Shown here: positions 24,401 to 38,280 of the stretch, in pieces
Layout of the letters: each line of letters opens with the position of its first letter
How positions within the stretch are numbered: position 1 is the stretch's first letter
Origin: Catajapyx aquilonaris
Taxonomy: Eukaryota
NCBI GenBank assembly: GCA_000934665.2
Contig: JYFJ02001961.1
Span: 1 to 64,000, forward strand
DNA: 64,000 nt
Direction of reading: 5' to 3'
Made by a program: the position numbers and the translations under genes
The notes under the pieces: generated by a model
What the model was told of the DNA's origin: nothing
The model's input: the letters and a program-made list of their open reading frames with translations, nothing else
The model's database searches: none

Positions 24401-26641
24401 CACTGACCTTAAGCTGCCAACTAGAGGTGGGCTCGCTCTGAATGAATGAACAGGTGCTTTTTGGCCAGCCATACCTACAGTACGGTCTAATGTGTAGGGC
24501 TGGCACTTTGCCCTTTCCCTTCCTTCTTTCTCATGCTCACCTTTGGCTTGCTTCCACGCTTCTTCGCCACTTTTTTTTTGACTCTTGAAACCCTTCGCGA
24601 GGAAGGTTTCTCCTAACGCTCTGCATGCCTGCTGTCGCACTCTACTGCTTTGCTCATTCAAGATTTGCTCTAAGGCTCCCGCTCAGCATTAAAGCACATC
24701 AGGAACTACTTGCACAATATTGCTGAATGGATGGCGCCGACCTACTTACTCTGGACTATGCGTGTCCTTTTCATTCATGGTGTAAAAGTGCGTAGTCTAT
24801 CATTATACGCTGAGGTAAGGGAGCTGCAGCCAAGGGCACAACACACTTTATGCGCCTTAATCGTGGATTTCAATATTTATTCGAGAATTTATAATCAGCA
24901 TTAGCATAGAATTGTCTATTATACGTAAATTCGCTTTATGAATCGAAACAAAATAGGGTTTACTCCTTTTAAAGTAAAGAATTCTATATACCCAACCAAA
25001 ATAAGAGAAGTTGTTTATTCTCGCATAGCAGTCTCAAGGAAAATACAGGTGCAACTATACGTTCACTTCATTACTATTTATAACTAATATTTTCCCGGAA
25101 ATAACATGTCTCGCATACAGATGCTGCAGCTCTAAACATCCGCAAACACAACTTGTGCGATGCGCATATAATATGTACCGTACTACTTTGTATTAAGACG
25201 ACGCAACTGTTATCGGCCCACTTACATCAGGATTATTTTTCCACACACGGCAACAGACCATATCACTAAATTACGGTCTTCTGATCTCGAAAGTAATTAA
25301 CTGCTTTCCATATAATTTCAGGTAACAAGGATGTATAATTTGATATCTAAACAGGCCACTTTTGCAGCCAGCACTTTAATCGAATGTTCTATCCGTCTTT
25401 CATCACCAGAAGGTTAGAAAGACCATTAATGCATGGTGCTGTCCCCTGCGATGTATGACCTACTATACATGTACCCATGATGGCCTTATATGCTCTGCCT
25501 CCTTCGAATGACCCGCTGTTCCAGAGGCCAGTATGCGGCCCAACAAAGTCCACTTATCTGACACCCACGTGTGACAAGTGATAAGCGGCGGCTCGTGCTG
25601 CCCAAAATAGCCTGTATACTGTAATGACTGTAAACACGTAGGGCTCTGGACCGTATCATTGCCTGTCAAGATGGGTCCAGCAGCTGCACCATGGTTAATG
25701 TCAACCTTCATGTAGCATTAGCCATGGGAGGTATCAAAACAACAATTTGATAGTGTAGCTGTTGTTAAAGGATTAGATATTTCATAGTAACTTGCGCTAA
25801 TGAGCATTGCCAACACCTTTATTGCAACATACGCTGGACCATGCTTGGCCTGTCATTACAGTTAAATTACAATTCAATGATTTCCGGAAAAAGAAGACAT
25901 TCCCATTCATTTTGTGCAAAATATCCATTTTTATTTGATAATTCTACAGCCCTTAATATGAGTATCATTCGAATGGAATTGATCCAACAACTTCGACACT
26001 CCAGTGATTTTTGACTTATTAGAACAGGTCTCTAGTTGTTGTTCCAGCTGGCACAACCTGCATAGCCCGTCCAGAGAGGTAATTGTACCGTCATAGCCCC
26101 GAGTGAAACCAATATCTGGCCAAACAGATGAGTGTAAAAAGAATGGTCCATTGGTATGGTAGAGTATTGAAGGCATGCAGACTTTGACCGCACGTGGTGA
26201 ATCGATAGGTACGTGGGTGGGTGGGTGGGTGGTAGGGTGGGTTGAGGTCGAGGTAGCCAGGGTATTTGGTGAGAAGATGGGCGGAGCAGAAGGTTCTTGG
26301 CAGAGGTGCGCGCGGCTTCGAATCCCGCCCACCGACAAGCCCAAGAGGGCGGGTCTGCATCCAGGCGAGAGAGAGCCAAAGCAGGCAAAAGCGAGCAGGG
26401 GCAGCCGGCGATGGCCATTCCACGCCGATCACACACAGTGCATGCGTCGGACCGCCCCGATACCTCGCTGCTACGATAGGAGTAGGAGAGGAAGTCCCCC
26501 GCAGCAAAGCATCTCTACAGCATCATATTCACCACGTGCGCTCAAGTCTCTTTGGATCTTCGCCTCCAATGTCGCGTCGCCAGTGATTTGGTCAAGAAAG
26601 AGGAAGACGTGAGAGTTAGCGACGGCAGCAGCACGATCAGA

Positions 26642-27619
26642 ATGGAGGGCGAGGAGAACCACTTGGCAGACGATTACGTGAACGACTTTGTGTTGGACCA
26701 TTTGGACGAGGTAGTGAAACGCGAGATGGAGAGCCAGCGTTTGGGTAGGGTGGCGGCACAGCAACAGCAGCCGACTGGTACCACGGCAGCCACCACTTCG
26801 ACAACGTCTTCGGCACCGGCAGCCTCTTCCAACGGGCCCTCGGCTGCTGTGGCTACGGGAGCTAGCGCCAGTGTCAACGCCAGTGCTGGTGGGGGAGGTG
26901 GTGGGCCAGGTGCTGCTAGTGGTGCTGCAGGTGCTGGTGGCGCTCCTGGAGCCGGTTCTGCTGGTGCTGGTGCTGCGCCTTCAAGCGGCACCGGTGTTTC
27001 TAGTGGTGCTGGTGGTGCTAGTTCTGGCGGTGGAGGTGGCGCTCCGACAGTGTCCGTCGGTAGTCCACCAGCACAAGCGCCCCCACCCCCACCTCCTCCT
27101 CCGCCTCCTCCTGCCAGCCTGCCCCTCATGCTGATGACCGAGCAGACCACTCTTCCTGGACCGCCGCCCCTCATCCCTCACCCTACCTTGCACCAGCACC
27201 AGCACTCTCAGCATCTTCATAACCACCACCCTCACCAGCAACACCATCACCACCATCAACATCAACAGCAGCATCCTCAACAGCAGCATCCACAGCAGCA
27301 GCATCCTCAACAGCACCACCACCACCACCACCATCACCAGCATCAACAGCAACAACAACAACAGCATCAGCAGCATCAGCAACACCTGAAGGGGGTCCTG
27401 CCCCTGACCCCCAGCACCCCGGGAACCCCTCCGGATACCCCACCGTTGACCTCCCCCCATAACTGCAGCCTTCCCCCATCCCCCCCATTTGCAACTGTAC
27501 CAAACCCCTCTCACCACGCCCACACCCCTCTCGGGGGCATGGACCACCCCAAGGGCACCGCCCTCATGGACGACATGATCTGGATGGCCTCTGAAGGACT
27601 TCGTTACCGCGGACTACAG
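26642..27619 (+). CDS. tj: Large Maf coding exon 1 (transactivation motif, Gly/Ala, poly-Pro and His/Gln tracts, S/T-P cluster)
   Basis: ATG at 26642 in good context (AGAATGG); [21 protein letters not shown]; donor at 27620. Confidence 0.9.
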
Positions 27620-30600
27620 GTAAAATAATTATGACACCTTCCATGCATCTCGCATTGTCACCACCAGTCTCGACTTCCAAAGGCTTAGTTCTTTACCGGT
27701 ATCCCATACTGCGATTATCCGGTCTGCTTCTTGACAGCTTTCCTGGTTGTGACGCACCGTCCTTCGTAACGTCTGACCTGCTGACCCTTGCTGCAGAAGG
27801 ACGATTAGATACATAGTCTATCAGCTGCACATGCTACAATATTATACAATATATGCAATTGACAAGAGGTAGTTCATGTTTTGAGGGCAAAAGGCAATGG
27901 AGATAGGACGAGCAACTTTGTGCCGATTGAGAAGCGTGTGTCAGTTCGAGAATTACGTCAGGACTGGGAGGTATTACTGAGAGGAAGACGAATAGGGCTA
28001 TTGCAAAAAGGTGTCAAAGGTTACGCATCGAGTAATTAAAACAAGCTAGATTTTGTAATACATTCGTAGGGTACTATTGACAGTCATTTATGAACGGGGT
28101 TTTATCTATGAAGTGTTAAACATTATGTGCGAGTATCTTCTAACGTCTGCGCGGCTAATCTAACACTTCTATCAAATTAATGAGGGCTTATGATTGCATA
28201 ATTATTATCGCTCTTGCGTTGCATTATCGACTGGAGTGTGTGTGGGATTGCGGGGAAGAGATGGGTGATAAGTATATAACAATGTTTCGTCGGTGGGCGA
28301 TAATAATTCCGTAAGGTAAAGGGACTCGTTATTGATCAACTTATTATGAAATTTCCACCTGTTGTATACAGTATAGAATATAGATATTGGGGAGGGTTGA
28401 ACTCAATTTTAACTTAATCATATTCTCTAATCATGACGAGAGAAGGTTATTGTGGGGTTATTACGCACATTTCCGTATAAACACCTCGGCATTTCACATT
28501 CTTTATAATAACAAATAATGACATACCTGCGCCACATTTTGCAATATGGCAGCTCGAATCATCGGAGCGCATCGGAGAAAATCTGTGTACAACAGTTCGC
28601 ATCAAGTAAGGATCGCAAGTTACGATAACAATGATAAAAAAGTGGTGTCATATGAACATTTTTTTAAAAATCGGACTATACAGTATAATGTGCATTTGCA
28701 TCTGCTGCCGCTGCTAATCGAGAGTATAATACTGTATACTGGCAAACCTGGAAGGAGGCAATCTCGTGCTCGGCTGTTATCGATAATATAAGCAGCGATT
28801 GCTATAGTTAATATTCCGAGCCTTTGTAACGGTGATCGCGCCAAAGCACTAATAATATTAACTTACAAATAATAAAAATGGACAGGGAAATAAATGCAAT
28901 GATTTATATTGCCCTTTACCGCATAATGTATGAGTATATAGAATTATACGCAATCGATTATTAAATGTATAGTCACGTTTTAGGCGTTAGACACATTGTC
29001 TTATACAGTATTGGCGTGGTCATTCGCCTATTTTAACTGGTATACGTCGTGAGTATATCAGCGCACATTAATATTCGGAATTGTTTTATGGTTTTCATGA
29101 TGCTGATTTACAAGGAACACTAAACAAATTCGGCATTAATATAGGTTGAGTATAAGGTTCAGTGCAAGTGTTTTTTTCTTCTACATGAGCAGCAGTTTGT
29201 GACACTTGATTCATTTCAACACGAGCCCAGTGATCTGTTTGAACAATTTTTGTATCAATTTACTTTCTAAATATTCACACTGTTCAAATTATTCCTGGTC
29301 CAATACATCGTATTATATAGCTATCAGAGATGTACGTTGACTGCAGATATTACTGAATCCTAAATAATTATCATTATATAGCTGAAGCGCGTAAACCACA
29401 AAATGTCAGTTACTGTATATAACTTTGAATGTTTTAAAAAAACAACAGGAAAAAGCAGCAGGATAAGGAGCAAAACTAAATATTTATGCGTAATTTTATA
29501 CGTCCATTGCTTGTATGTTACACTCTTAATCATGCCGGCTGCATCACATCGATCGTATAAACACAGCGGTGAAGGCTAAACAGTTTTAAGTGGACTATTA
29601 GATTAAATCGCGCGAGTCAAGGACCAATACACCTATTTAGCCTCATCTTTAAATTGATGGTTCTTTCGGCGGTTTTTTTATTTAAATATTAAAATATCTA
29701 CAAATTAAACGGAACTCCAGTGTGTTTTGAATTAAAAACCTATAAATTGTCCATGAAAGTACATATTCGTAAAATACGGATTCATGTGTTTGTAATATGA
29801 TACCGGTATACAATAACTGTACTGTACGTGTACATCACGGTCAGTTTATCACATTTTTAGTATAGGTTCTTATGCATAAAGTCATTGCTCTTTGAGCAAG
29901 CATCAAAATGCAAGTTTTACGTCAGATTACAACAGGTCGTGTTACACCACAATCAAGAGGTGAACGAATTAGTCGTCGTGAAGACTTTTTATGGAAGCAA
30001 CGACCAGATTGAGTCGTAAAAAGGTCATTATTCCCTCCATCTCAATAATTTCACGTGTCCAATGACTTTGATGCAGGACTTTCCTCCTCTTGGATATACT
30101 GATAGCGCATTGTGCGGATAAAATTACCTGCATGTAAAAAGTCGTCATCAACAGTTCCGAACAGTAATCTACTTGTACTGTATTATATACAGGGTTGTTT
30201 CCTGGCGGCATGGTAGAACGTATGTGCTATACGAGCCAAAGTCACGGTGATGTCATACATAAGATTGGTGATGAATATGTCGAGGAGTCAACATGTACTA
30301 ATTTTCTAGTGCATATTAAAAAATAACTTTTGTTCCATTATGATGAGCCGGTACCCCGACGTATGAATCGTGATTAGAGAAACGGCATCTTCCTATTATA
30401 TGAAGCAGATCTTGCTAACAAGATTTGACCGAAATTATTATAGAGAGGGATAAGGAAGGCTTGGCTTAGCTGGTGACAGCCAATAAAAATGGAGCAATGT
30501 AATTGCAAAATCGGGCTGATAATTTTATTGAACTTACGGCAAATGGGAACCGACTGAGATCTTTATGGAGGCAAAACGGCTTTAGAGTTACCGTAGTTTT

Positions 30601-33600
30601 TTTTGGCGTGCATAAACGACACAGCCTGATAATCTGCTGACATGGTAAATACTAGCCTGTACTGTAATGCGCGTTAAGGTTCATTAATTGACATGTACTA
30701 TTGTTCAGAACAAGTTATAGTTCATACTGTATGACTTTTTGAGTTTTATGGTGCTTTTATTTATGTGCAGCATAATATCTTTAAATTGCAGTACTAAGCG
30801 TGCCTTAAGAGAAGTATTAATAAGTATTTAATTAGTAATTAAATTATATACAGAATAAGGCACTAATGCAGGCATGTAGCATTAAACCTTGGGTTTGGCA
30901 TTGTTATTATTTCTTGTCGGCAATTAACCGAATAATTTTATTAGAAACAAGAGCAAACCCAGTGTTGAGGCTAAAACTTCAGTGGCGCAACCAAACCATA
31001 TATAGGGGCGGTTGTATGAACGCAAATGAAGGAAATAACCGCGATTTTGTATAACATCCATAATGCATAATCACACAAATTCCCTTAATTTGTGCTCCTA
31101 CAATACAGTATATTTTTGGTCGAGAGAAATTTTCGCGCATTATATTTTTACACCCTCTGTAATGAGGAATCAAACTAACAAGGAAAGTTTGAAACCAAAG
31201 AAAAACCACACTGCATATAAAACCCTCGACCAGAGGCCAGCATGTCTTGGGAATAGAACGCTGAATCTGTAGAAATCGGTCACAGTAATTATACAATACG
31301 TCAAACTCTCGGTATGAGGATCATTATAAAAAGACTGTGCATGAATGTAGCCCCATACAATATGGTTTATAGATGTAGGTATTGTTGACCTGCTATTTGC
31401 AATTATTGGTGCTTATCTTTATTTATTTACGTTTGTATATGGGACTGATGAGTGCAGCTACAGAGTAAGCTTCTCGCATTGCCGATGTTGTGACATGTAC
31501 ACCGCTGCGCTGTAGGATGAAACATACGTATATAAACTTGCACATTATGTTCCATCCTACTGCTGTAGGCTTTTGGATATATGCATTTTGAATTTATCAG
31601 ACAGGTATAGACTTATTTTCTATCATGCTTTTGAGAGATAAATTATTTCAGACCTGCAAGAATTCAATGCAATATAATATAACAAATTAAAAGACGTGAA
31701 ATTGGGGACCACAAGAGATTTTGATCGAAATTGAGAGGTAAACTTTACGGTATAGGTCATGATGTGTATATGTTCTGACAGCGATGCCAGTTTTGGATAT
31801 ACAAAAGCGCAATTCCAGCTCTTATGGTAAACGTTTCAAAATATGGTCGCCCCATATGAGAAAATGGGGAGTTTAAACCCTCATACCCCAAAATAATCGA
31901 ATGCCAAAATGCAACAAGGTCAATCTGTCAATTTTTACGGAAATGCTTTTATGACATATTGTACTTCCACTGGCGGATGTCCATCAGTATAAAATGCAAG
32001 AAGAGCCGAAATGTCACTTAGTAATGCCTGAAAAAGGCCTCTAACCATCGACGGACCAAAACGCGATATCTCGATAGCAGTGACAAACGTGATTGTCACT
32101 TTAAAAGCGCGATTTGAATACACTATAAGTGAACCGCGATTTGAAAATAGCGCTGATTTTAAAGCGCGACGTGATTTTTGTATAAGCGCTACTTCTAAAG
32201 GAGATGCGTTACTTTACGATTAGAGCGTACCCCTCTGAGGAGCAGTGCTAAACCTATAGTGGAAAATAAAGTAGACTTGTGGCTCTACATGTCACCAAAA
32301 TAACTTTGACCTACGCCCTCGGGAAGTGGTCAAAAATGGCCGCTACTTCATAAGGTAGACCTAGGTGGCACGGGAGGCCAAAAAAACATTAAATGTAATT
32401 AAATATAATGTGTAATTACTCTTAGGCGAATACTATGTCTCCTGTATATCATAAATCATTCATTCATTTTATCCGTAGACGGTTTATTCTCTATATTGCC
32501 AAAGGAACGATACAATGCAAGAAGGGCCCAATTGTGAGTAGCATTAGAAGTGTTTAAATAAAATATAAATTACATGGATATTTCAAGGAAAGTGCTGTCA
32601 GGTATTCATGTTGTACATATCTGTCATTAGGTTTAGAGCACAATTGCCTACCATGAACAGAAACAGAAATAAATAGTTTATTTTTCGATTCCTTGACATT
32701 TTCTATTTTCACAATTGGGCCCTTATTGAATTGTGGTCTTAAATTGTGATACAAAGCATTGTGACTATATGATCGTTCTGTATTTTAAGTCTTCAAATGT
32801 ATTTATTAGACCAGCAACCATTGTGTATTTAGATCACAAGACAGTAAAATGCTGTTTGATGCAAGAACTAACAATAAACTCTCAAGAAGTTCAGCCTCAA
32901 GTAATTCGCAGGATCATAGTGACTTATTGCCAATGCAAACCAATGTTACGATTGTCTTATGGCGCAGGGATATATTTCAGAAGATAACGTACAACTGGTC
33001 TCGACTCGCGGGATTCATATTTGCAGACTGCAATATTGAATGCAAATAAGCTGATGGTCGCTGTTTAAATTATTACCTAGTCGGACTTAGTGCCTCATCA
33101 GTGCAGCTTGTAGTGCATGTAAGGGTCAGAAACACGGAATTACACTGAAAAGCGCATGTATATACGTTCTCAGGAATAGACGTGTCCACGAAAAAGTTGC
33201 ATTCAGAAACACGGAATTTTAAGCTATTTTTTCCCGTAGATATAGAGCGGAATATGATATGGGATAAATGGTAATTTCACTCAGAATCCTAAACAGCGCC
33301 TCGTGAGCGCCTCTGTAGCCAACTGGTGACAGCAATACTTATATTCAACACTTTAATTTACAAATTAACTTATCTAGCCTCTTTAAATATTTATTTGCCA
33401 GTATCATTACTGATTTATCCCATTCTAATACACTTTTAATGTCGCGTTATAATATTCCTGCTGACATTTCGGTGTTGCCATGTTATGCTCAGGAATCGGG
33501 AGAAATACTTGGGGTGTGTTTCTGAATGAGATTTTAGATCGACTCTCTTATTCCTCCCTAATACTCCGGGAATAGTGGGAAATAGCGACATGTTTCTGAA

Positions 33601-36600
33601 TATGACCCTTATAGTTAAATTCATGGCATCATAGTATAATGTATTTTGTGCCCTCAATTTGAAGAAGGGGATAAGGGGAAAAGTTATGGTTTGTTTATTC
33701 CAGGAACCAGATCATCAGTTAAAGAGCAGCAACAATCACGACAAATCGGTGTTGCCCTGATTGGTGCTTCCAATGAGTCTCCTGCTTTCAAACTGGTCGC
33801 TGGGGTAAACAATTCCTAACTCCGTCCCTTACCCCTTCATTACCTCTGGACTTGGGCATTGCACTACTCTGTGTACGTAATTACACACTTTAGTATGATG
33901 TATCTTCACTTACTGAAAATTAAACACGAGGGAGAGAAGTCAACTGAAAACTGCCACAATATTGAAAATATATAATGACATAAGAAATTTTTCTTTGCTC
34001 AAATTTGTGTAATTGGAATGTGACAAGGTGATTCAAAACGAACGCGTGCCACATTCTTTCTGGAATATCTCAATATCTGTACATGAAGAAAAAGCAAAAG
34101 TGATTATGGACTGATAAAGAACACATCTCATTTAAAAATTGTAGCCTAACCTCTTGATCGAGATTATCTTAATTTAGAGTGGTGTCATTTCAGTTACATT
34201 TGACCGCAATGTAATTTCCTAGTTCACTGCGGAAAATCCAAAATCTTCATTATTATAAAACTTCAAACTGTATCAGAGCTGCTGAATTATTTTGGACATT
34301 TGCCTGAAATAATATTTATTGGCTGCGTTCATTAGCTGCACGTGTCATCTCGTGAAACAATGCATAACAGTGAGAGCGACGCAATGCATTTCTTATCGTC
34401 TTTAGATAGCTGCTTATTATCGACGGTTTTTAATGCGCTGCAATCGGGCAATATAAGAGCACTACGTGAAGTTCAAGTACGACATGAGCAAAAAATATTG
34501 ACTATCGGCAACTATAATTAGCCTGATAATTATTGGCTGGATAACAAAATATACAGGGTGGTCCAGAGTCATTGTCTGCTTCTGTTGATAGTCCGGTTTT
34601 TAAAAGCATTTATTATCTAACAGACACTGTTAGAGCATATCAATATGCGCAACCTTTCTGTGCGCAGAATTGATTCAACCTTCGACCTCAGATGCCAACA
34701 GGTCACTCGCAGTATGTTATGCTAGGAAATTCCTTACACCTCGGGGCCTGAATGAATGCTTCAATTCAACCCAATATTTTGACAGCTCCTGTGGAATGTT
34801 CTTGCTTAAAAATTAACATCTTAGTATCTAAAATAATATCTCGAACCGAAACGGACAATGCGTTTCAACCACCCTGTAAGTATACCGGTATACTTGTCAA
34901 ATTTTTCCCCTTCCCTGTCCTTTTTTTTGACTGTCCTGCTCTTTTGACTCAATTTGGGCTGTCCTAGTGATTAGTCGCAAGCAAGAGCTTATGGCGCAAG
35001 TTATAATTACTGCGAAGCTGATTCTGCACGTAACTCCTGCGTTCCTGTCATTCAGAGTGTGACGGTTGTTCTGCATGTAGCACGTGGCTACAAGCTCTTC
35101 TTTTAGAGGCCCGTTAAATGCAGAGGGTGTGGAAGACCTTCGTTATAACGCGTTACATGGCGCTTGTAACACACTCCAGCAATTTTGTGTGATTGATTTG
35201 GATTAGGCCTAGAACCACAAGACGATATTTTAGGGGAGTTACTTGATAGTATGTTTTACCAGCTATAGCCATGAAAATGAAAGTATACCGACGTGTATAA
35301 TTATGATTACTAATCGGTTGTGCCACCAACTAACCTAGCCGTAATCATACATACCGTACTATTAATTGTATACGGTTCTTGGGGCATTTACAACAAGGTT
35401 TAAGGCAAAACCTGCAATGGTGCAAACGGACCTGAGCGTGACAGGGAATATCTTGCTGATTATATTACATTGCTGCACCCAGTGGTAGTCGAATGCGCAC
35501 AGCATCGTTTCTGCCAATTATAGGGAAGATGGGCCTAATGACAATCCAGTATAAATATAAGGCATAAAACATTTCCCCAACATTCTGCTCTGAAATATAA
35601 GAGCAAATCCACGAGGAATGAGTCGGTTTGACCATATAATTTCGCCTCATACCGAGGTCTTGAATGAAAGAATGCAAGGTCTTTTAGTGAACATTATTTA
35701 TACAAATCGTAGTTTGGTTATATTTTCTGTGATAGTAAGTTTTCTCATAAGTGCTATTCTCATGTTGCAATATAGTTTGTATAGGAATCAGAAAAAGGTA
35801 TTACTAAAAAGAAGGTTCAGAGACTGGAGGTGCTAGGTATATCGTTCTTTCAAGTCTTCCTCTATACGATTGTGATTAATTTTTTATATTTCGAATTTTC
35901 TGTTGCTTTATGTTTACCCTGCTACCGCAAGATTGACGTCATATGTAAGTTATTAGGGTATATTCTCTGAGAGTCGCGCTTGGCTGTTTGTTTCGCTTGG
36001 CTGTAGGATTGACAATATTGTTACCGCGGCGAATAGTTGTCATGCAAAGTACTTCAGCCTGCTTTGCAAACTACACGGAATGTCAGGTTTAAGATTAAAA
36101 TGTCACAAAATGTGCTCCATGTGGTGACCTGACAAAGTCAGGCACAGGTCAATGTTGACACCAGTCTTGACCGATGGGAATGGGTGCTGGATCACCTTGA
36201 CCAGGATTACTTTGGTGTTGATGTCCTCTTCTCCGACGAGGCCAACTGTCACATCAACGCAACAGTGAGGTTAGCCGCCATCGTGTGATACCGACATATT
36301 GTAATGTGTGTGTCGAGACTGGCAGCAATACGAGTACAGTGACCTGTACCTGAGTTCGGAAGGCCGCCGCGCCCCATTGAGCACATTTTCTGGCATTTCT
36401 ATTTGAACTGACATTCCCTATATGTATATGGGGACTTTTGCGACACCATGATGTATAATTCACCAATTCTGCGTGTCCCATACCGTCATAGCGTAGAGAA
36501 TCATTTATGGGAGCCTAGGACCATAAAAATAAATATATGTATACAGAATTGTGTATTTCGGACATATACTTTCGGGCTGCACTAATCTAACCTGCCAAAA

Positions 36601-38280
36601 TGTAAACTTTGAGGAACATGTACACATAGTAAAATGAATGTTAATTTGGTCACGGAATAAATTATGCGTAAATGTGAGATCATACAGCTTTCAGGTCAAA
36701 ACGACATAACAAGTTTTGCTATCCTTTTGATAATCCTATACATGGCATGAAACGGGACACATTAAACTACATAATATGTAGGCCCCTTATATTATACCTT
36801 CATGCTGATCTTCTGGTATAGTTGACTCACCCCGTACTCTCAATAATATGTAAAATAGGCCCATGGCAATAATTAATCAATGCTGTCAGCTGTAGCCATC
36901 ATTACGAGATCCTGGGCCTATACAGCAAGCATGAAATAATGTTGCGTATGCAAGATGCATTTTCTGCAGCGTTGTATTATACTTAAGTACTATACAACTA
37001 CAAAATAATATTTGCAAAGGACAATACACTAAAAATGAGCTTGCTGAGAAAAAGTAATTTTATTCACATTTTGCTTGCTCAGCTATTTACGCGATGTGGA
37101 ACTAGGAAAAATCTTTGGTACAGAAGAACCCCGATTATCCGACCGTCCCGATTCAGCAATAAATCTATGTTTTCTCATCAAATACTGTAATGCAGGCCTA
37201 CTACCCAATAGTTTTGTATTGCCTTAGTTAAATTTATTGTAAATATAGTACAGCAGAGTGTGTATGTAAAATACAAATACTTGACTATTTCTTACGAAAA
37301 CTATAATATTGTACATTATTTCATGTTTTTATATTTTTGTTGCGTTTCATTCAAGCTTTCTTTGCTCCTCGGATTATCCGACCTTTTCGGTTATCCGACG
37401 ATGCTCCAGTCCCTTGAATGACGGATAATAGGAGTTCTACTGTATTCGGAGTCAGTGTCAAAACAAGAACTTCTTCCAGTGAAAGAGACAGTATTGTGAG
37501 GAGTAACATAAAATGAAGCAGTATACTAAAGCAGGGCTTTGCAGAGTGAAGAGAGAAGTGAGATTCCTGTCCAAAAATGGAGTCAGAGGTGGCGCTGATA
37601 CTGTTCAGGATTGAGTTTGGATTCTAGTCTAAGCTATGACGTGGATTGCATGCTTTCAGGAACCGCTGGATCTCCGGCCCCAGTGTGGAGAGCCCCCGTT
37701 GGACGCCGTCTGGCTGACTCCTCGCGGACCACCTCAGGGGCCACCACAAGGACCTCCGCAGGGTCCTCCTCAAGGCCCACCCCAGGGCCCACCCCATGTC
37801 CAAGGCCAAGTGCATTCGCCGCAACAGCAGCAACAACAACAGGTGCACAGCCAACACAACATGGATCTGAACAGCCCCGCGTCGATTCGCTGCAGCAGCG
37901 GTGGCGACATCCTGGACGACGACCAGCTGATCTCCCTCTCCGTTCGCGAGCTGAACAAGAAGCTTCATGGGTTCCCTCGCGAGGAAGTGGTCCGCCTGAA
38001 GCAGAAGCGTCGTACTCTGAAGAACCGGGGGTACGCGCAGAACTGCCGCAGCAAGCGTCTGCAGCAGCGCCACGAGCTGGAGAGCCAGAACCGCAGCCTG
38101 CAGGTGGAGATGCAACGTCTACGACAGGAGCTGTCGCGTGTCTCGCAGGAGCGGGACATGTACAAGCAGAGGTACGACGTGCTACGCGGTACCGGCGGCA
38201 GGGACACCTCACGAGAGGTGGCCTCCGACGTATCCAGCTCCACGCCCAGCAATCCCAGCTCGCCCGAGTTTTACCTGTGA
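26642..38280 (+). CDS. tj: Large Maf bZIP transcription factor (traffic jam / MafA-like), 2 coding exons, 532 aa
   Basis: N-terminal large-Maf motif [21 protein letters not shown]; extended homology region plus b[21 protein letters not shown]...[22 protein letters not shown]-terminus SPEFYL; phase-0 intron CAG|GTAAAA ... TTTCAG|GAA (27620-37659). Confidence 0.93.
32522..32724. mobile_element. Probable MITE (16-bp inverted repeats)
   Basis: AAGGGCCCAATTGTGA (32522-32537) and TCACAATTGGGCCCTT (32709-32724). Confidence 0.55.
33123..33608. mobile_element. PIF/Harbinger-like MITE
   Basis: TAA|GGGTCAGAAACACG ... ATGTTTCTGAATATGACCC|TTA with internal CAGAAACAC repeats in both orientations. Confidence 0.5.
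34554..34876. mobile_element. Tc1/mariner-type MITE in the Maf intron
   Basis: TA|CAGGGTGGTCCAGAGTCATTGTC ... GACAATGCGTTTCAACCACCCTG|TA. Confidence 0.65.
37121..37442. mobile_element. pogo/Tigger-like MITE in the Maf intron
   Basis: TA|CAGAAGAACCCCGATTATCCG ... CGGATAATAGGAGTTCTACTG|TA with internal TTATCCGAC repeats. Confidence 0.8.
37660..38280 (+). CDS. tj: Large Maf coding exon 2 (PLDLR motif, GPPQ repeats, EHR-bZIP)
   Basis: Maf basic region NRGYAQNCR and leucine zipper; stop TGA at 38278-38280. Confidence 0.95.
   Translation, partial: EPLDLRPQCGEPPLDAVWLTPRGPPQGPPQGPPQGPPQGPPQGPPHVQGQVHSPQQQQQQQVHSQHNMDLNSPASIRCSSGGDILDDDQLISLSVRELNKKLHGFPREEVVRLKQKRRTLKNRGYAQNCRSKRLQQRHELESQNRSLQVEMQRLRQELSRVSQERDMYKQRYDVLRGTGGRDTSREVASDVSSSTPSNPSSPEFYL

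Noticed and set aside
26674..27547. Long minus-strand ORFs over Maf exon 1
   Set aside because: Antisense shadows of GC-rich, low-complexity coding sequence with no independent motifs
31444..31480. Hammerhead ribozyme core (CTGATGA)
   Set aside because: No correctly placed GAAA or flanking stems; other CTGANGA hits inspected also failed
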